Shown in pieces: positions 23,061 to 32,888 of a DNA stretch of 64,000 nucleotides; within the stretch, counting starts at the first letter, position 1, and each line of letters opens with the position of its first letter. Origin of the DNA: a virus (lineage: Duplodnaviria; Heunggongvirae; Uroviricota; Caudoviricetes). The stretch is taken from the IMG/VR virus record IMGVR_UViG_2609459800_000001, one strand, 5' to 3'. The position numbers were made by a program, and so were the translations under genes. A model generated the notes under the pieces. It did no database searches, was not told where the DNA came from, and saw only the letters and a program-made list of their open reading frames with translations.

Positions 23061-23639
23061 ATGAAAGGCGAAGTGAAAGAGCGCGGCATGATTTTCAACG
23101 ATGAGATGGTCCGGGCAATTCTTGGCGGGAATAAAACACAGACTCGCAGGATTGTTGAAGAAAAATTCTATGGACAGGCAGTGGCCGCAGAGTTGCTTGC
23201 TAAGCATTGTCCATATGGTCAACCGGGCGATCGTATTTGGGTTCGCGAAACCTACCGGGTACATGGCAAAGCGACGGACGTCGCAACGCTGGTTTATCGC
23301 GCAAGCGTGCGTAACTCCTGGACAGAACAAACGCACCGGGTTCCGGTCGAGGTTTGTAATAAACCAGTATCAGAAAAGTGGACGCCATCAATTCACATGC
23401 CGCGCTGGGCATCGCGCATTCTTCTGGAAATTACCGACGTGCGTGTGGAACGGCTGCATGACATGAGCGAGTCAGATGCTAAAGCAGAAGGCGCAACTCC
23501 GGCGACGTACAAGATTACGCCATCTGAAGCTGTTTATCGCGTTGGTTTTGGTGATATCTGGCGCAGTATTTACGGGCAGGATAACTGGCTATCTAACCCG
23601 TTGGTATGGGTAATCGAGTTTAAGCGCATTCAGGAATAA
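23061..23639 (+). CDS. ASCH-domain-like protein
   Basis: ORF track 192 aa; N-terminal FNDEMVRAILGGNKTQTRR. Confidence 0.4.
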   Translation: MKGEVKERGMIFNDEMVRAILGGNKTQTRRIVEEKFYGQAVAAELLAKHCPYGQPGDRIWVRETYRVHGKATDVATLVYRASVRNSWTEQTHRVPVEVCNKPVSEKWTPSIHMPRWASRILLEITDVRVERLHDMSESDAKAEGATPATYKITPSEAVYRVGFGDIWRSIYGQDNWLSNPLVWVIEFKRIQE

Positions 23640-23642
23640 ACC

Positions 23643-24521
23643 GTGAGTATGCATCAAGTCGTCAGCTTTTCAGGTGGACGAACATCGGCTTATCTCGTTC
23701 ATCTGATGGAAGCACAGCGAAAAGCTGGCGCTAGCGTCCATTTCATTTTTATGGATACCGGCTGTGAACATCCTCTGACGTATCGCTTTATTCGTGAGGT
23801 TGTGAAGTTCTGGAACGTACCGCTAACGGTGTTGCAGGTCGATATAAATCCAGAACTTGGGCAGCCAAATGGTTATACGGAATGGGAACCAAAGGATATT
23901 CAGACGCGAATGCCGGTGCTTAAACCGTTTATGGACATGGTTAAAAAGTACGGTACGCCATACATCGGCGGCGCGTTCTGTACCGACAGGCTAAAACTCA
24001 CCCCTTTCACGAAATATTGCGATAACCATTTCGGGCGAGGTAATTACATCACATGGCTGGGTATTCGTGCAGACGAACCCCGTAGGCTGAAACCGAAATC
24101 GGGCGTCCGGTATCTTGCCGAGCTGTCAGATTTTGATAAGTCGGATGTTATCCGGTGGTGGCGAAAACAACCTTTTGATTTGCAAATCCCGGAGCATCTC
24201 GGGAACTGTGTTTTCTGCATCAAAAAGTCAACGCAAAAGCTGGGGCTTGCATGTAAAGACGAACCAGGTCTGATGCGAGTTTTTAATGAGCTGGTTACAG
24301 GCAAACACGTCAGGGATGGTCATCGCAGAACAGGTAAAGACGTTATGTACCGTGGTCACCTGACGCTTGACGGGATTGCCAGAATGTATGCCGACAGCGA
24401 CTACAGAAATTTGTATCAGGCGATGGTGCAGGCCAAGCGGTTTGATACTGGTTCGTGTTCCGAATCATGTGAAATCTGGGGTGACCAATTGGAGTTGAAA
24501 TTCGAAGAGGTAGTGGCATGA
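23643..24521 (+). CDS. PAPS reductase / PP-loop ATP-pyrophosphatase family protein
   Basis: ORF track 292 aa; PP-loop SFSGGRTS near N-terminus. Confidence 0.55.
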   Translation: MSMHQVVSFSGGRTSAYLVHLMEAQRKAGASVHFIFMDTGCEHPLTYRFIREVVKFWNVPLTVLQVDINPELGQPNGYTEWEPKDIQTRMPVLKPFMDMVKKYGTPYIGGAFCTDRLKLTPFTKYCDNHFGRGNYITWLGIRADEPRRLKPKSGVRYLAELSDFDKSDVIRWWRKQPFDLQIPEHLGNCVFCIKKSTQKLGLACKDEPGLMRVFNELVTGKHVRDGHRRTGKDVMYRGHLTLDGIARMYADSDYRNLYQAMVQAKRFDTGSCSESCEIWGDQLELKFEEVVA

Positions 24522-24721
24522 CAATCGTAAAAACCCATACCGGTACCGTGATCACCAAAGATGGCCCGCAGGTAAAAAAATTGCACCAAACAGAGCGGAT
24601 GTGGGTCGTTGGCAAAAACGAGTTTTACCACAAAGAAACTGGACGCCGCCATTTTGCAGAAAATACGCGCCGCCGACTGCTGTTAGACACCATCAAGCCT
24701 ATCGAGGTGAAGCATGTTTAA
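24518..24721 (+). CDS. hypothetical protein
   Basis: ORF track 67 aa; ATGA overlap with previous gene. Confidence 0.35.
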   Translation: MTIVKTHTGTVITKDGPQVKKLHQTERMWVVGKNEFYHKETGRRHFAENTRRRLLLDTIKPIEVKHV

Positions 24722-24953
24722 ACAGAACGAAAAAGCTATCGCTCAAATTGCTGATTATATCCCGCGTGCGTGCCGGGGTATGCAGTTGCAGGAAGCCAAA
24801 GCGCGCCTGGAGAAAAAAATTGCGCTCTATATTGATGACGGCTGTGATGCCGCCGTTCTTAACGAGGCGTTCGCACCAGCTCTTAACAGTCATACTCGGG
24901 AGTCTTTTTTTTCGTGCATCGCAGCGCAACTCCACCAAGGAGGCAACCAGTGA
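24714..24953 (+). CDS. hypothetical protein
   Basis: ORF track 79 aa; overlapping junctions. Confidence 0.35.
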   Translation: MFKQNEKAIAQIADYIPRACRGMQLQEAKARLEKKIALYIDDGCDAAVLNEAFAPALNSHTRESFFSCIAAQLHQGGNQ

Positions 24954-25699
24954 GCAAGATTGACTATCAGGTACTGCGTGAGGCGGCAGAACGTGCAATT
25001 CCGGCAATGGAACGCCTGTTAATGTTGCCAGTTGATGATGATTTGTTAACTGAACAGGAACTTAAGGATTACGGTGTGGATATTGATGCGCTCAACGCCT
25101 TCAAATTTCTGACCGGACCAGAAACCGTGCTGGCGCTGCTGGATGAACGGGAAAGAAACCAGCAATACATCAAAAGCCGTGATCAGGAGAACGAGGATAT
25201 TGCGCTAACGGTAGGGAAGCTGAGAGTTGAGCTTGAGGAAGTAAAACAACACGCTGAAGAATTATCCGAAACCAAGGCTGTTCGTAACCAATGGCGGCCA
25301 GATATTTGCCCAATAACCGGACGTGCATTTTTCATGTGGATTGAGCATCCAACATTGGGAAATGTGCCGACATATGGTGGCCCATTAGATAGTTACACCA
25401 TTCCAACAAAGGACGGTGACGGTGAGTTTTCATGTGAGCGTTACGATCATGATTTTGGCGGTTGGGTAGAAAGCGAATGTCTTGGGTTATATCTGATTGA
25501 TGATAGAGAACAATGCAGGGTCTACGAACTGGAGGAGCGCGTTAAGGAACTGGATGCTCGGGAAATATCGCTCCCGGAACGTAGCAGCATGCTTCATCGA
25601 ACAGATTTTCACGATGATTACCAAACGGTAATGGCATACAAAGTTTCTGAAGTCATCGATGCAATCCGCGCTACTGGCATTCGCATCAAAGGAGAGTGA
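24950..25699 (+). CDS. hypothetical protein
   Basis: ORF track 24914..25699; start set at GTG 24950 with AAGGAGG 7-9 nt upstream, overlapping previous stop. Confidence 0.4.
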   Translation: MSKIDYQVLREAAERAIPAMERLLMLPVDDDLLTEQELKDYGVDIDALNAFKFLTGPETVLALLDERERNQQYIKSRDQENEDIALTVGKLRVELEEVKQHAEELSETKAVRNQWRPDICPITGRAFFMWIEHPTLGNVPTYGGPLDSYTIPTKDGDGEFSCERYDHDFGGWVESECLGLYLIDDREQCRVYELEERVKELDAREISLPERSSMLHRTDFHDDYQTVMAYKVSEVIDAIRATGIRIKGE

Positions 25700-25700
25700 T

Positions 25701-26216
25701 ATGGCGTTAACACACCGCGAACTCTGTCAGATTGCGTACAAGTTCCTTAAGCGCAACGGGTTCAAGGTTTGTTTTCATGACCGCTTTATAGCTGTAACCA
25801 GTACCGGAGAACAGCCAGATGCTATGGGATTCAGAAATTCAGCATCATGCCTGATAGAGGCGAAGTGTTCTCGTGCTGACTTGTTAGCAGATAGAAAAAA
25901 GCGTTTCCGTAAAAATCCGTCTCTTGGAATGGGCGACTGGCGATTCTTTATTAGTGAGCCGGGAATTATTTCAATTGAGGATTTACCACCTGGCTGGGGA
26001 TTACTTCACGTTGTTAACGGAAGAGTACGGAAAGTACATGGATGGCCCAAGGGGAATTGCTGTTGGGGTAACCCTGAAGATAAACCTTTTATTGGGAATA
26101 AGCAGGTTGAATGCGATTACATGTTATCTGCATTAAGGCGCATGGAGTTGAGAGGGCACCTTAATGAAATATATGACGGTGTAATTGTTAATAAGAAAGA
26201 AGGAAACGCGGCATGA
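25701..26216 (+). CDS. hypothetical protein, possible PD-(D/E)xK nuclease-like
   Basis: ORF track 25659..26216; start at ATG 25701 after AAAGGAGAG; PDAMGF...IEAKCS. Confidence 0.35.
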   Translation: MALTHRELCQIAYKFLKRNGFKVCFHDRFIAVTSTGEQPDAMGFRNSASCLIEAKCSRADLLADRKKRFRKNPSLGMGDWRFFISEPGIISIEDLPPGWGLLHVVNGRVRKVHGWPKGNCCWGNPEDKPFIGNKQVECDYMLSALRRMELRGHLNEIYDGVIVNKKEGNAA

Positions 26217-26599
26217 TCACTATTACCAAAGAGCGACTGCTGACAATCAAGCAGTGGCGCGAAACATACGGACCTGGTAGCAACGTTGTACTGCCAGCAG
26301 AAGAAGCGGAAGAACTGGCACGAATTGCTCTGGCATCACTGGAAGCAAAACCAATAGGTGCATTCCACATTGCAGAACAGCAAGTTGACGGCACAAGTGA
26401 CCACCTCAAGGATGGAGAATGGCCTATTGATAATGGAATTATTGAGGTCTACGCCACTCCCCCCGTTCCAGTAGTACCGGAAGAAAAACCAATGCCTAAT
26501 CCTCTTAGCATGTACGCGGTCGATGCTGTTGCCGCTATTGCAGAGGTGAGAGGCTGGAACGCCTGCCGTGCCGCTATGCTTCAGGGGAAAGGAGAGTGA
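26213..26599 (+). CDS. hypothetical protein, paralogous to N-terminal part of 26809 gene
   Basis: ORF track 128 aa; shares IALASLEA and GWNACRAAMLQ with next large ORF. Confidence 0.4.
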   Translation: MITITKERLLTIKQWRETYGPGSNVVLPAEEAEELARIALASLEAKPIGAFHIAEQQVDGTSDHLKDGEWPIDNGIIEVYATPPVPVVPEEKPMPNPLSMYAVDAVAAIAEVRGWNACRAAMLQGKGE

Positions 26600-26600
26600 T

Positions 26601-26798
26601 ATGGACAAAAACACACCTGCTTACTGGAGTTTATCACTTGATACTGAATGCCCAAAATGCGGCCACAATTTCGATCTGCTTTGTGATGCTGATTTCTGGG
26701 AATTTTCTGGAGCAAAACAGGCATGTGAAGAAATAAAAGGTTACGAAACATGCTGCCCAGAATGTAACCATGAATTTAAAACAGATTTTGTGTATTGA
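26601..26798 (+). CDS. small Cys-rich zinc-ribbon-like protein
   Basis: ORF track 26568..26798; start at ATG 26601 after AAAGGAGAG; CPKCGHNF...CCPECNHEF. Confidence 0.4.
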   Translation: MDKNTPAYWSLSLDTECPKCGHNFDLLCDADFWEFSGAKQACEEIKGYETCCPECNHEFKTDFVY

Positions 26799-26808
26799 GG
26801 CATAACGA

Positions 26809-28008
26809 ATGACCACTTTTACTAAAGAACAATTAATAGAGATAATTAAGCGCAATATAACGGTTATGGATCGTTATCCTGATTTAGTAACTGCACAAAT
26901 GGATCTGGAAGTATACAAAATCGCGCTGGCATCACTGGAAGCAGAACCAGTTGCTTATATTTTCAAACATCCGGCCGGGAAATTATTCTGGGCTTTAACG
27001 GATGAAAGCAATAAAGAGCAACCGGACGTTATTCCTGTTTATGCTGACTCACCTGCGCCGGTTGTGCCGGATGAAATAGACGTAAACGATGTACCAAGGG
27101 CGGTGACATATTTCAAGACACACAGAGATTGTTACGCAGATGGCTGGAACGCCTGCCGCGCCGCCATGCTTCAGTCCGGAAACTTTCGGGAAAACAAGAA
27201 TTCGTCAACCAATAATTTTCGGGAAATCGCGGAAACGTCAACCAACTATCCGGTAATTCCTAGTGAGGTGTTGTCCGCAATCCTGAAGGTTGCCAAGATT
27301 CGTGCCGATTTCGATGATTTTGACGGTGACAGGCGAGGTATCGGTGATTGTCTGGATGAGGCTGAGCAAGAGCTTATCGTTACCATTAACAAATATGCCA
27401 GTCAGTTGGCAGCAGAACCGATAGCGACTAATGACGTTCGAGAGCAAACAGCCGTTCCGCCAGTTCCTGTAATACAGGCTGATGTCGCGCAGGCAATTGA
27501 AAAACTCAAACGGAAATTAGTGGAATGCAATCGCTATAACTACTGTGCAGATGCAGTTAAAGGCGTAGAGGATGCCTGCCGTGCTGTTAGCTATAGCCAA
27601 GCCGACAATCAGCCAGCATCTGGCAACCAGGCTGCCGAATCCAATCGCGATAATGAGTGGACTGGCAATCCTGATATTGATAACGCCATCATCATGCTCG
27701 ACCGCATAGATACGCTGGAAAATTGCGATGATGACCGTATTGAGGCTGTTAAGGCTGTTTTGCGTAGACTGGCTGGCAACTATCCGGTAACTCCGGATGG
27801 TTGGATAAGCTGTAGTGAGCGAATGCCGGATACCAAAACAGCCGTTCTTGTTGCCGTGGAGTTTGACAGGAAAGGTGACTGGCGAATGAAATGGGCGACT
27901 TACATCCCGGGGCATCCTGACGCTAATGATGGGTGGATAATTCCTGGTGCGTCGTGGAAACCGTCACACTGGATGCCGCTACCAGAACCGCCGCAGGAGG
28001 CAAAATGA
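26809..28008 (+). CDS. DUF551-domain protein
   Basis: ORF track 399 aa; C-terminal DGWISCSERMPDTKTAVLVAV...DGWIIPGASWKPSHWMPLPEPP. Confidence 0.5.
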   Translation: MTTFTKEQLIEIIKRNITVMDRYPDLVTAQMDLEVYKIALASLEAEPVAYIFKHPAGKLFWALTDESNKEQPDVIPVYADSPAPVVPDEIDVNDVPRAVTYFKTHRDCYADGWNACRAAMLQSGNFRENKNSSTNNFREIAETSTNYPVIPSEVLSAILKVAKIRADFDDFDGDRRGIGDCLDEAEQELIVTINKYASQLAAEPIATNDVREQTAVPPVPVIQADVAQAIEKLKRKLVECNRYNYCADAVKGVEDACRAVSYSQADNQPASGNQAAESNRDNEWTGNPDIDNAIIMLDRIDTLENCDDDRIEAVKAVLRRLAGNYPVTPDGWISCSERMPDTKTAVLVAVEFDRKGDWRMKWATYIPGHPDANDGWIIPGASWKPSHWMPLPEPPQEAK

Positions 28009-28265
28009 TGGATGTCAAAGAGAAGATTTTGCAGGTGATGCGTTCCCGTGCAGCCCTGCAAGAGAAAGTTCTCGGCGGGGAATATCCATTCAGGATGGCA
28101 ACCTGGAGTCTGCGGTTGGCAATGGAGAAGGAATTTCCTGATGAAGAATGGCGTTCGGCAGATTTGCGCAAAATTCTTATGGAGATGGCTAAAGACGGAA
28201 CAGTATCCAAAGATACCTATGCCAGCCGGATTGGTCAGGCGGTATGGAGACTGGAGGTGAGGTAA
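28005..28265 (+). CDS. hypothetical protein
   Basis: ORF track 27933..28265; start at ATG 28005 after AGGAGG, overlapping previous stop. Confidence 0.4.
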   Translation: MMDVKEKILQVMRSRAALQEKVLGGEYPFRMATWSLRLAMEKEFPDEEWRSADLRKILMEMAKDGTVSKDTYASRIGQAVWRLEVR

Positions 28266-28350
28266 TGAGCTGGCCTGAAGCATTCACCACGGTAGGAATC
28301 GCAATGGCGGTAGCACTGGTTTTGTATTCAATTTGTCGCTGGGGATAACG

Positions 28351-28584
28351 ATGGGAAAAATAACTTTTGTAGTCGAATTTGAGGATGGCAAAGAGCCACC
28401 TGTTAGCGCCAATCTTGATGTTGCTGGTGGCAGGCTTGTTTCGGTTCTATTTGGTGACTACCGAGATGATTTCTTCCAACCAGAAGAAGTTGATGTGGTG
28501 CGAGAGGCATTAAACGAGTTAAGTGTTGATAACGATGATGCTCATGCGGAAATCATCCAAAAAATGGAACTGCTAACTCACTAA
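28351..28584 (+). CDS. hypothetical acidic protein
   Basis: ORF track 28333..28584; second in-frame ATG chosen. Confidence 0.35.
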   Translation: MGKITFVVEFEDGKEPPVSANLDVAGGRLVSVLFGDYRDDFFQPEEVDVVREALNELSVDNDDAHAEIIQKMELLTH

Positions 28585-28762
28585 ATTATCAATTATGGTG
28601 CTATCACCTACGACACCGAGAGAAAATTTATAATGTCAAAAGTAAATGTTTTGATTTTTTCAGCAATTGTTGGCTTTGGTTTTACTGCCGGAGTGCAGAT
28701 TTATATTACGTGGGGAAAAATCATCAACTACGCATGGAGTTGTTTTATTAAGTGAGGTAAGT

Positions 28763-29056
28763 ATGTGGAGAGGTAATAATCATGGCAAAAGCCAGATGAT
28801 ACTTACCGAATATAAGCTAGACCACAAAACCAATAAATCACGCTCAGTATATTTGCTCCGGCACAATAGCCGTGTAAGAAATACCGTGTTGGAACAAAAT
28901 CTGACAGTTGAAATGGATAATTACGGGGGATTCAAGCCAACAATTTCGCTTGATGATTTTCCTCGTGGTTTAAGCGAAAGAGAAGCAATGCTGAAATTAG
29001 CAGAATGGCTACAAAGATTAAGCATTGCTATTGAAGATAACTGGTCTGAACCTTAA
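28763..29056 (+). CDS. hypothetical protein
   Basis: ORF track 28667..29056; start at ATG 28763 after GTGAGGTAAG. Confidence 0.35.
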   Translation: MWRGNNHGKSQMILTEYKLDHKTNKSRSVYLLRHNSRVRNTVLEQNLTVEMDNYGGFKPTISLDDFPRGLSEREAMLKLAEWLQRLSIAIEDNWSEP

Positions 29057-29062
29057 ATTAAT

Positions 29063-29437
29063 ATGATGACACTAAAACATTTTCTTGACCGCCCATTATG
29101 GGCGGCAGCCGCAGGCTATGACTTTAATTATATGGATTGCATGTCTTATGCTGCCAATGCATACGACCATTCGTTCAGCCTGCTGTTTAATTCTTTAAGA
29201 ATATTGCCGGAAACGGAAGTTGGAGAGCTTCATTTATGGATATTGGGCTTTATCGCGGCTGTCGTTGGTATTGCTGTATGGCCTTTTATTTTCTGGCTGG
29301 TGGCTGTTGTAGTGTGGTTTAAGTGCAAGACATACCGGAGAAAGTATTTCTTAGGTGATGGAATGACTGATATTGCCAAAATGAACATTGAAAAATGGAC
29401 TAAGGAATGTGAAAAGAAATGGCGCAAAAAGAAATGA
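29063..29437 (+). CDS. membrane protein
   Basis: ORF track 124 aa; hydrophobic stretch ELHLWILGFIAAVVGIAVWPFIFWLVAVVVWF. Confidence 0.4.
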   Translation: MMTLKHFLDRPLWAAAAGYDFNYMDCMSYAANAYDHSFSLLFNSLRILPETEVGELHLWILGFIAAVVGIAVWPFIFWLVAVVVWFKCKTYRRKYFLGDGMTDIAKMNIEKWTKECEKKWRKKK

Positions 29438-30099
29438 CTACTCTAACGACAGCATACTTACAGCAATTGGTATTTTTTGCAGGGGAGGCTACTTGTCATC
29501 CTGACGCAAACTATTTATTGGAATTTGAGAGGTTAGCGTCACCCGGTATCGTTCTGGAACTGGCCCAACAGGTGCTGACATTGAGACAAAAAGAGCAACT
29601 TGGAAGTGATGCTTACAAGTTAGATTTTGAGCAATGGCTTGAACAGCAACGCGGGAAAATAGATGTGGACTGTGGTTGTGTGTCCACTGAAACATTCATG
29701 CACTGGCTGCGGGTAGCTTACGAGGCTGGCAACTATCCGGATATTCCGGATAGTTCGGTGCCAGCGCCAGGAAAGGGAGTCACCGGTGAACGTATCCGCA
29801 TTAAGCCGCATGTTTATCGCGAACTGGTTAACCGCCTCCACGATACAGCGATCAAGTGTGCTGGCACCCAGCAATTACGAGAAAGAATTAGCCGTGTTTT
29901 GGGCGACGTTATTACGCCAGATCATCATAAACAAGCCGAGAAAAGTGACCTGGAAAGGTGTCACCTTGAGGCGGCATTAAACATTAAGCCGGGGCATACG
30001 CTTGGCATTATCGATGCTCTGTTGGTTCATAAGATGGCCAGGGCTTTATTGCCGCTGGTGGCTGATAAGCATGAGGCGGGCCATGCCAACGAAAGCTGA
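29419..30099 (+). CDS. hypothetical protein
   Basis: ORF track 226 aa. Confidence 0.4.
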   Translation: MAQKEMTTLTTAYLQQLVFFAGEATCHPDANYLLEFERLASPGIVLELAQQVLTLRQKEQLGSDAYKLDFEQWLEQQRGKIDVDCGCVSTETFMHWLRVAYEAGNYPDIPDSSVPAPGKGVTGERIRIKPHVYRELVNRLHDTAIKCAGTQQLRERISRVLGDVITPDHHKQAEKSDLERCHLEAALNIKPGHTLGIIDALLVHKMARALLPLVADKHEAGHANES

Positions 30100-30364
30100 G
30101 TTACAGGCGCGCATAGAGATTCTTGAAAAAGAGAATGCGAGTCTAAAAGGAATGCTGGCGCGGGCGGAAAGGGAATTATCAGGCAAATTATTGCCAGAAG
30201 AACTGCCACCAGCAGATATACCAGATCGAGTGTCCCGGTGGATGAAGTCTTTTGGTTTGCCGTGGGAGGCTTTTTGGTGCTACGAGCATCGCAGATGGTG
30301 TGATGAACTTGATAGCAGTTTTCCCTACTTTGCGGAAGGGAATACTTGCCCTGAGTTGTATTAG
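30083..30364 (+). CDS. coiled-coil hypothetical protein
   Basis: ORF track 30002..30364; start moved to internal ATG (MPTKAELQARIEILEKENASLKG); N-terminus uncertain. Confidence 0.3.
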   Translation: MPTKAELQARIEILEKENASLKGMLARAERELSGKLLPEELPPADIPDRVSRWMKSFGLPWEAFWCYEHRRWCDELDSSFPYFAEGNTCPELY

Positions 30365-30969
30365 CTCAGATTTAACCTGACACAGCTACGGCACAGTTCT
30401 AAACCTAATCTGACAGGCCGCTTTGTGCCAAAAGCGGGCATTGGGCGTTGTGGTAAATGCCTGATAATTTCTTCTTTTACTAGCACAAGCCGCTGGATAA
30501 TTGCCATGTTTCCAGCTTAAGTAAATCAAGAACAACTCGCGTACTGGCTGTATAAAGTTTGCCGGACGCAAATTTATTGATTTCAGAAAAACCTGTTGAA
30601 ATAGAGGTATATCAGCGTTAGTTTGATGTGAGTAAAGATCAGGAAAGAAGGTAGAAAAATGTTCCACTTGCGGGCAAAAAATCCTTCTATTAAATTGTTA
30701 AGGCTTTATGAAGATCGTACATTACGAATCGAATTCACCATGGGTAGGGAACATGAAATGTCCAAACCCTAAGTGCAGGAGGAATGACTCCTGCTTGATT
30801 CGGGATAGGTTGTACTCGCATGAAGTATGTATTGGCTCTAAACCCAAATACTGGTGGCGTTTGGTCACAAATACCTTAACAAGTTTAGGTATGGGACGCT
30901 CCTAACGTCGCGCCCCTGCTAAAAGCGTTAGCTGTTCTCTAGCCTTCAACCAGATAAGGAAATAATCGT

Positions 30970-32400
30970 ATGAGTTCAGAATTGATTGCAAAACCTGGAA
31001 CAGGGGTACTTTCCACAGATACAACAAAATTTGAAGGATATTTATCCTATCTTGGTTTGCCGACCGAAAATATAATTGCCTCTCTCCCTGAGCGCCAAAT
31101 TATTGAAAAAAACCTCCCCACATTCATAGATTCTTTACCTGTTGAGGTAAAAAGAGATGCTCGATATTTATCAAAGTTCGTTGCTGGTGCGGCTATAGGA
31201 CTATTTGATGCATCGTTAAATTATGTTTGGAATGAAGTTGTACTGAATTTAAGGGAAAAAGTAGTAGTTTATGGCCTCGATATGTTCTTTGATGCTGCAG
31301 TTGGAGGAGGACGTAGAGAGCTTTATTCTACCGAAGAAGATCTTTCTGGTTTAAAAGACAACACCCTTATTAATACTTGCCGAAAACTTGAATTAATATC
31401 TGACGTTGTTTACACCAAGCTCAATCATATATTGACTATGAGGAATGACATTGGTGCTTCGCACCCAAATTCATACTCCATAAATGCTTTTGAACTTCTT
31501 GGCTGGCTCCAAACATGCGTTCAAGATATTTTGAACGACAAACCGTCCGCGTCTGCCATACAAATAAAATCATTCCTTGAGAATCTAAAAAGATCCACTG
31601 ATGTTCTTGATGAAGCCACAATTCATAGCATGGAAAGACCTTTGAATGATCTGTCGCTTCAGAATACAGACAATCTACTCAATAGTATTTTCGGCATATA
31701 TACAGCTGACTCAACAGGAAATGTTGTCAGAAAAAATATCGCTCTTTTTGCTCCGCATATCTGGAATAAAAGCAGTGATAACGTAAAATACAAGCTCGGT
31801 GTGACGCTAGACGGATACAAGAACAATCTTCACAACGAGAAACATGCTTTAGGTATTGAGTTTTTTACGTTTTGTGATGGTAATCGTTATCAATCATTAG
31901 ACTCTAGAATTATATCACTGGACGGCCATGCCGACGATCTCTTAGAGGCTAGGTATGCTTGGGATAACTTTTATAATGAACCCCCTCATATGCGGAAGAT
32001 TCTTTCGTATTTAAAGACTGAAAATGACATACCTTTAGAGAGGGTTCATAAGCTTATAAAAACAGTTTTGATTTGCCGTGTTGGTAAAGGAATACCATAT
32101 AATACTGGTGTTTCTCCGGCGGGACGACCTTTGTATGATCAGTTTTTTGGCATGCTTGGCGATCAAAACATTATCAATACAGTTATAGCAATGCACTCTA
32201 ATGAAGTGCGAGTGAATTTAGACAACAAATACTGCCAGCAACATATGGTAAGCGTTTTGACTTTGTTAAGAGCCAATGCTCGTAGCGAAAGAATTCAAGA
32301 AATTATAGATTTTTTGATCGCCAACCAAACGATTCTCCATAAAGTACACAACGATAAGAGATATAGAGATCTAACTAAAAATCACATCAGTTTTGGCTAA
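30970..32400 (+). CDS. AT-rich accessory protein with Rx6H (HEPN-like) motif; candidate abortive-infection/defence protein
   Basis: ORF track 476 aa; visibly AT-rich, N/K/I-rich codon usage in a ~50% GC backbone; TMRNDIGASHP fits Rx4-6H; AT-rich promoter-like upstream region. Confidence 0.45.
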   Translation: MSSELIAKPGTGVLSTDTTKFEGYLSYLGLPTENIIASLPERQIIEKNLPTFIDSLPVEVKRDARYLSKFVAGAAIGLFDASLNYVWNEVVLNLREKVVVYGLDMFFDAAVGGGRRELYSTEEDLSGLKDNTLINTCRKLELISDVVYTKLNHILTMRNDIGASHPNSYSINAFELLGWLQTCVQDILNDKPSASAIQIKSFLENLKRSTDVLDEATIHSMERPLNDLSLQNTDNLLNSIFGIYTADSTGNVVRKNIALFAPHIWNKSSDNVKYKLGVTLDGYKNNLHNEKHALGIEFFTFCDGNRYQSLDSRIISLDGHADDLLEARYAWDNFYNEPPHMRKILSYLKTENDIPLERVHKLIKTVLICRVGKGIPYNTGVSPAGRPLYDQFFGMLGDQNIINTVIAMHSNEVRVNLDNKYCQQHMVSVLTLLRANARSERIQEIIDFLIANQTILHKVHNDKRYRDLTKNHISFG

Positions 32401-32582
32401 CAAAGCGCTGCACACGGACTAAATTAAGCTTCGCTCACTGGGGCGGGCGACAGCCCGTCCCTTAACCAAACGTTAATGTCCGCTTCTCGCTCAAAGCAGA
32501 CTGTCAGATTTGATTGTGTGCTGCCAGTGAAAACTGTCAGATCAAGTCTGAGCTAATACACCTGAGTGTAGGAGGTAGCGCG

Positions 32583-32843
32583 ATGTTTCGTCCTCGTCCA
32601 ATACCGCCGAAACTAACTAATGGCTATCAGCCGAATACTCCAGAAATACAAGGGAGCGAGGGGCTTAAACCACCACCAGCACCACGTATTCCGCCTGTAG
32701 CAAGGAACGTATCATTACGACGAGAGTTAATATTAGCCTTGTCGCCCATTCTGGCTGCCCGCCAGGATTGGGTAAGTAATGATGAACTGGCAGAAAAAAT
32801 CACATCGCTGGTGGATAAAATTATGGATAAAGCTGATATCTGA
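32583..32843 (+). CDS. hypothetical Pro-rich protein
   Basis: ORF track 32514..32843; start at ATG 32583 after AGGAGG. Confidence 0.35.
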   Translation: MFRPRPIPPKLTNGYQPNTPEIQGSEGLKPPPAPRIPPVARNVSLRRELILALSPILAARQDWVSNDELAEKITSLVDKIMDKADI

Positions 32844-32888
32844 TCACCATGCTAAAATCCCCTCAATTCACAGAGGGGATTTTTGTAT

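Noticed and set aside
22360-28008. Interpretation of the region as a lambdoid prophage early (nin-like) region because of DUF551, phosphatase and DnaB-like genes
   Set aside because: Flanking hallmarks (loxP/cre, c1/coi, phd/doc, pac site, Dmt, Ban, tRNAs, C1 operators) are P1-specific; these genes are part of the P1-type early block.
30386-30667. 93-aa minus-strand ORF in the AT-rich spacer upstream of the HEPN-motif gene
   Set aside because: Lies in AT-rich noncoding promoter-like DNA with no RBS; probably not coding.
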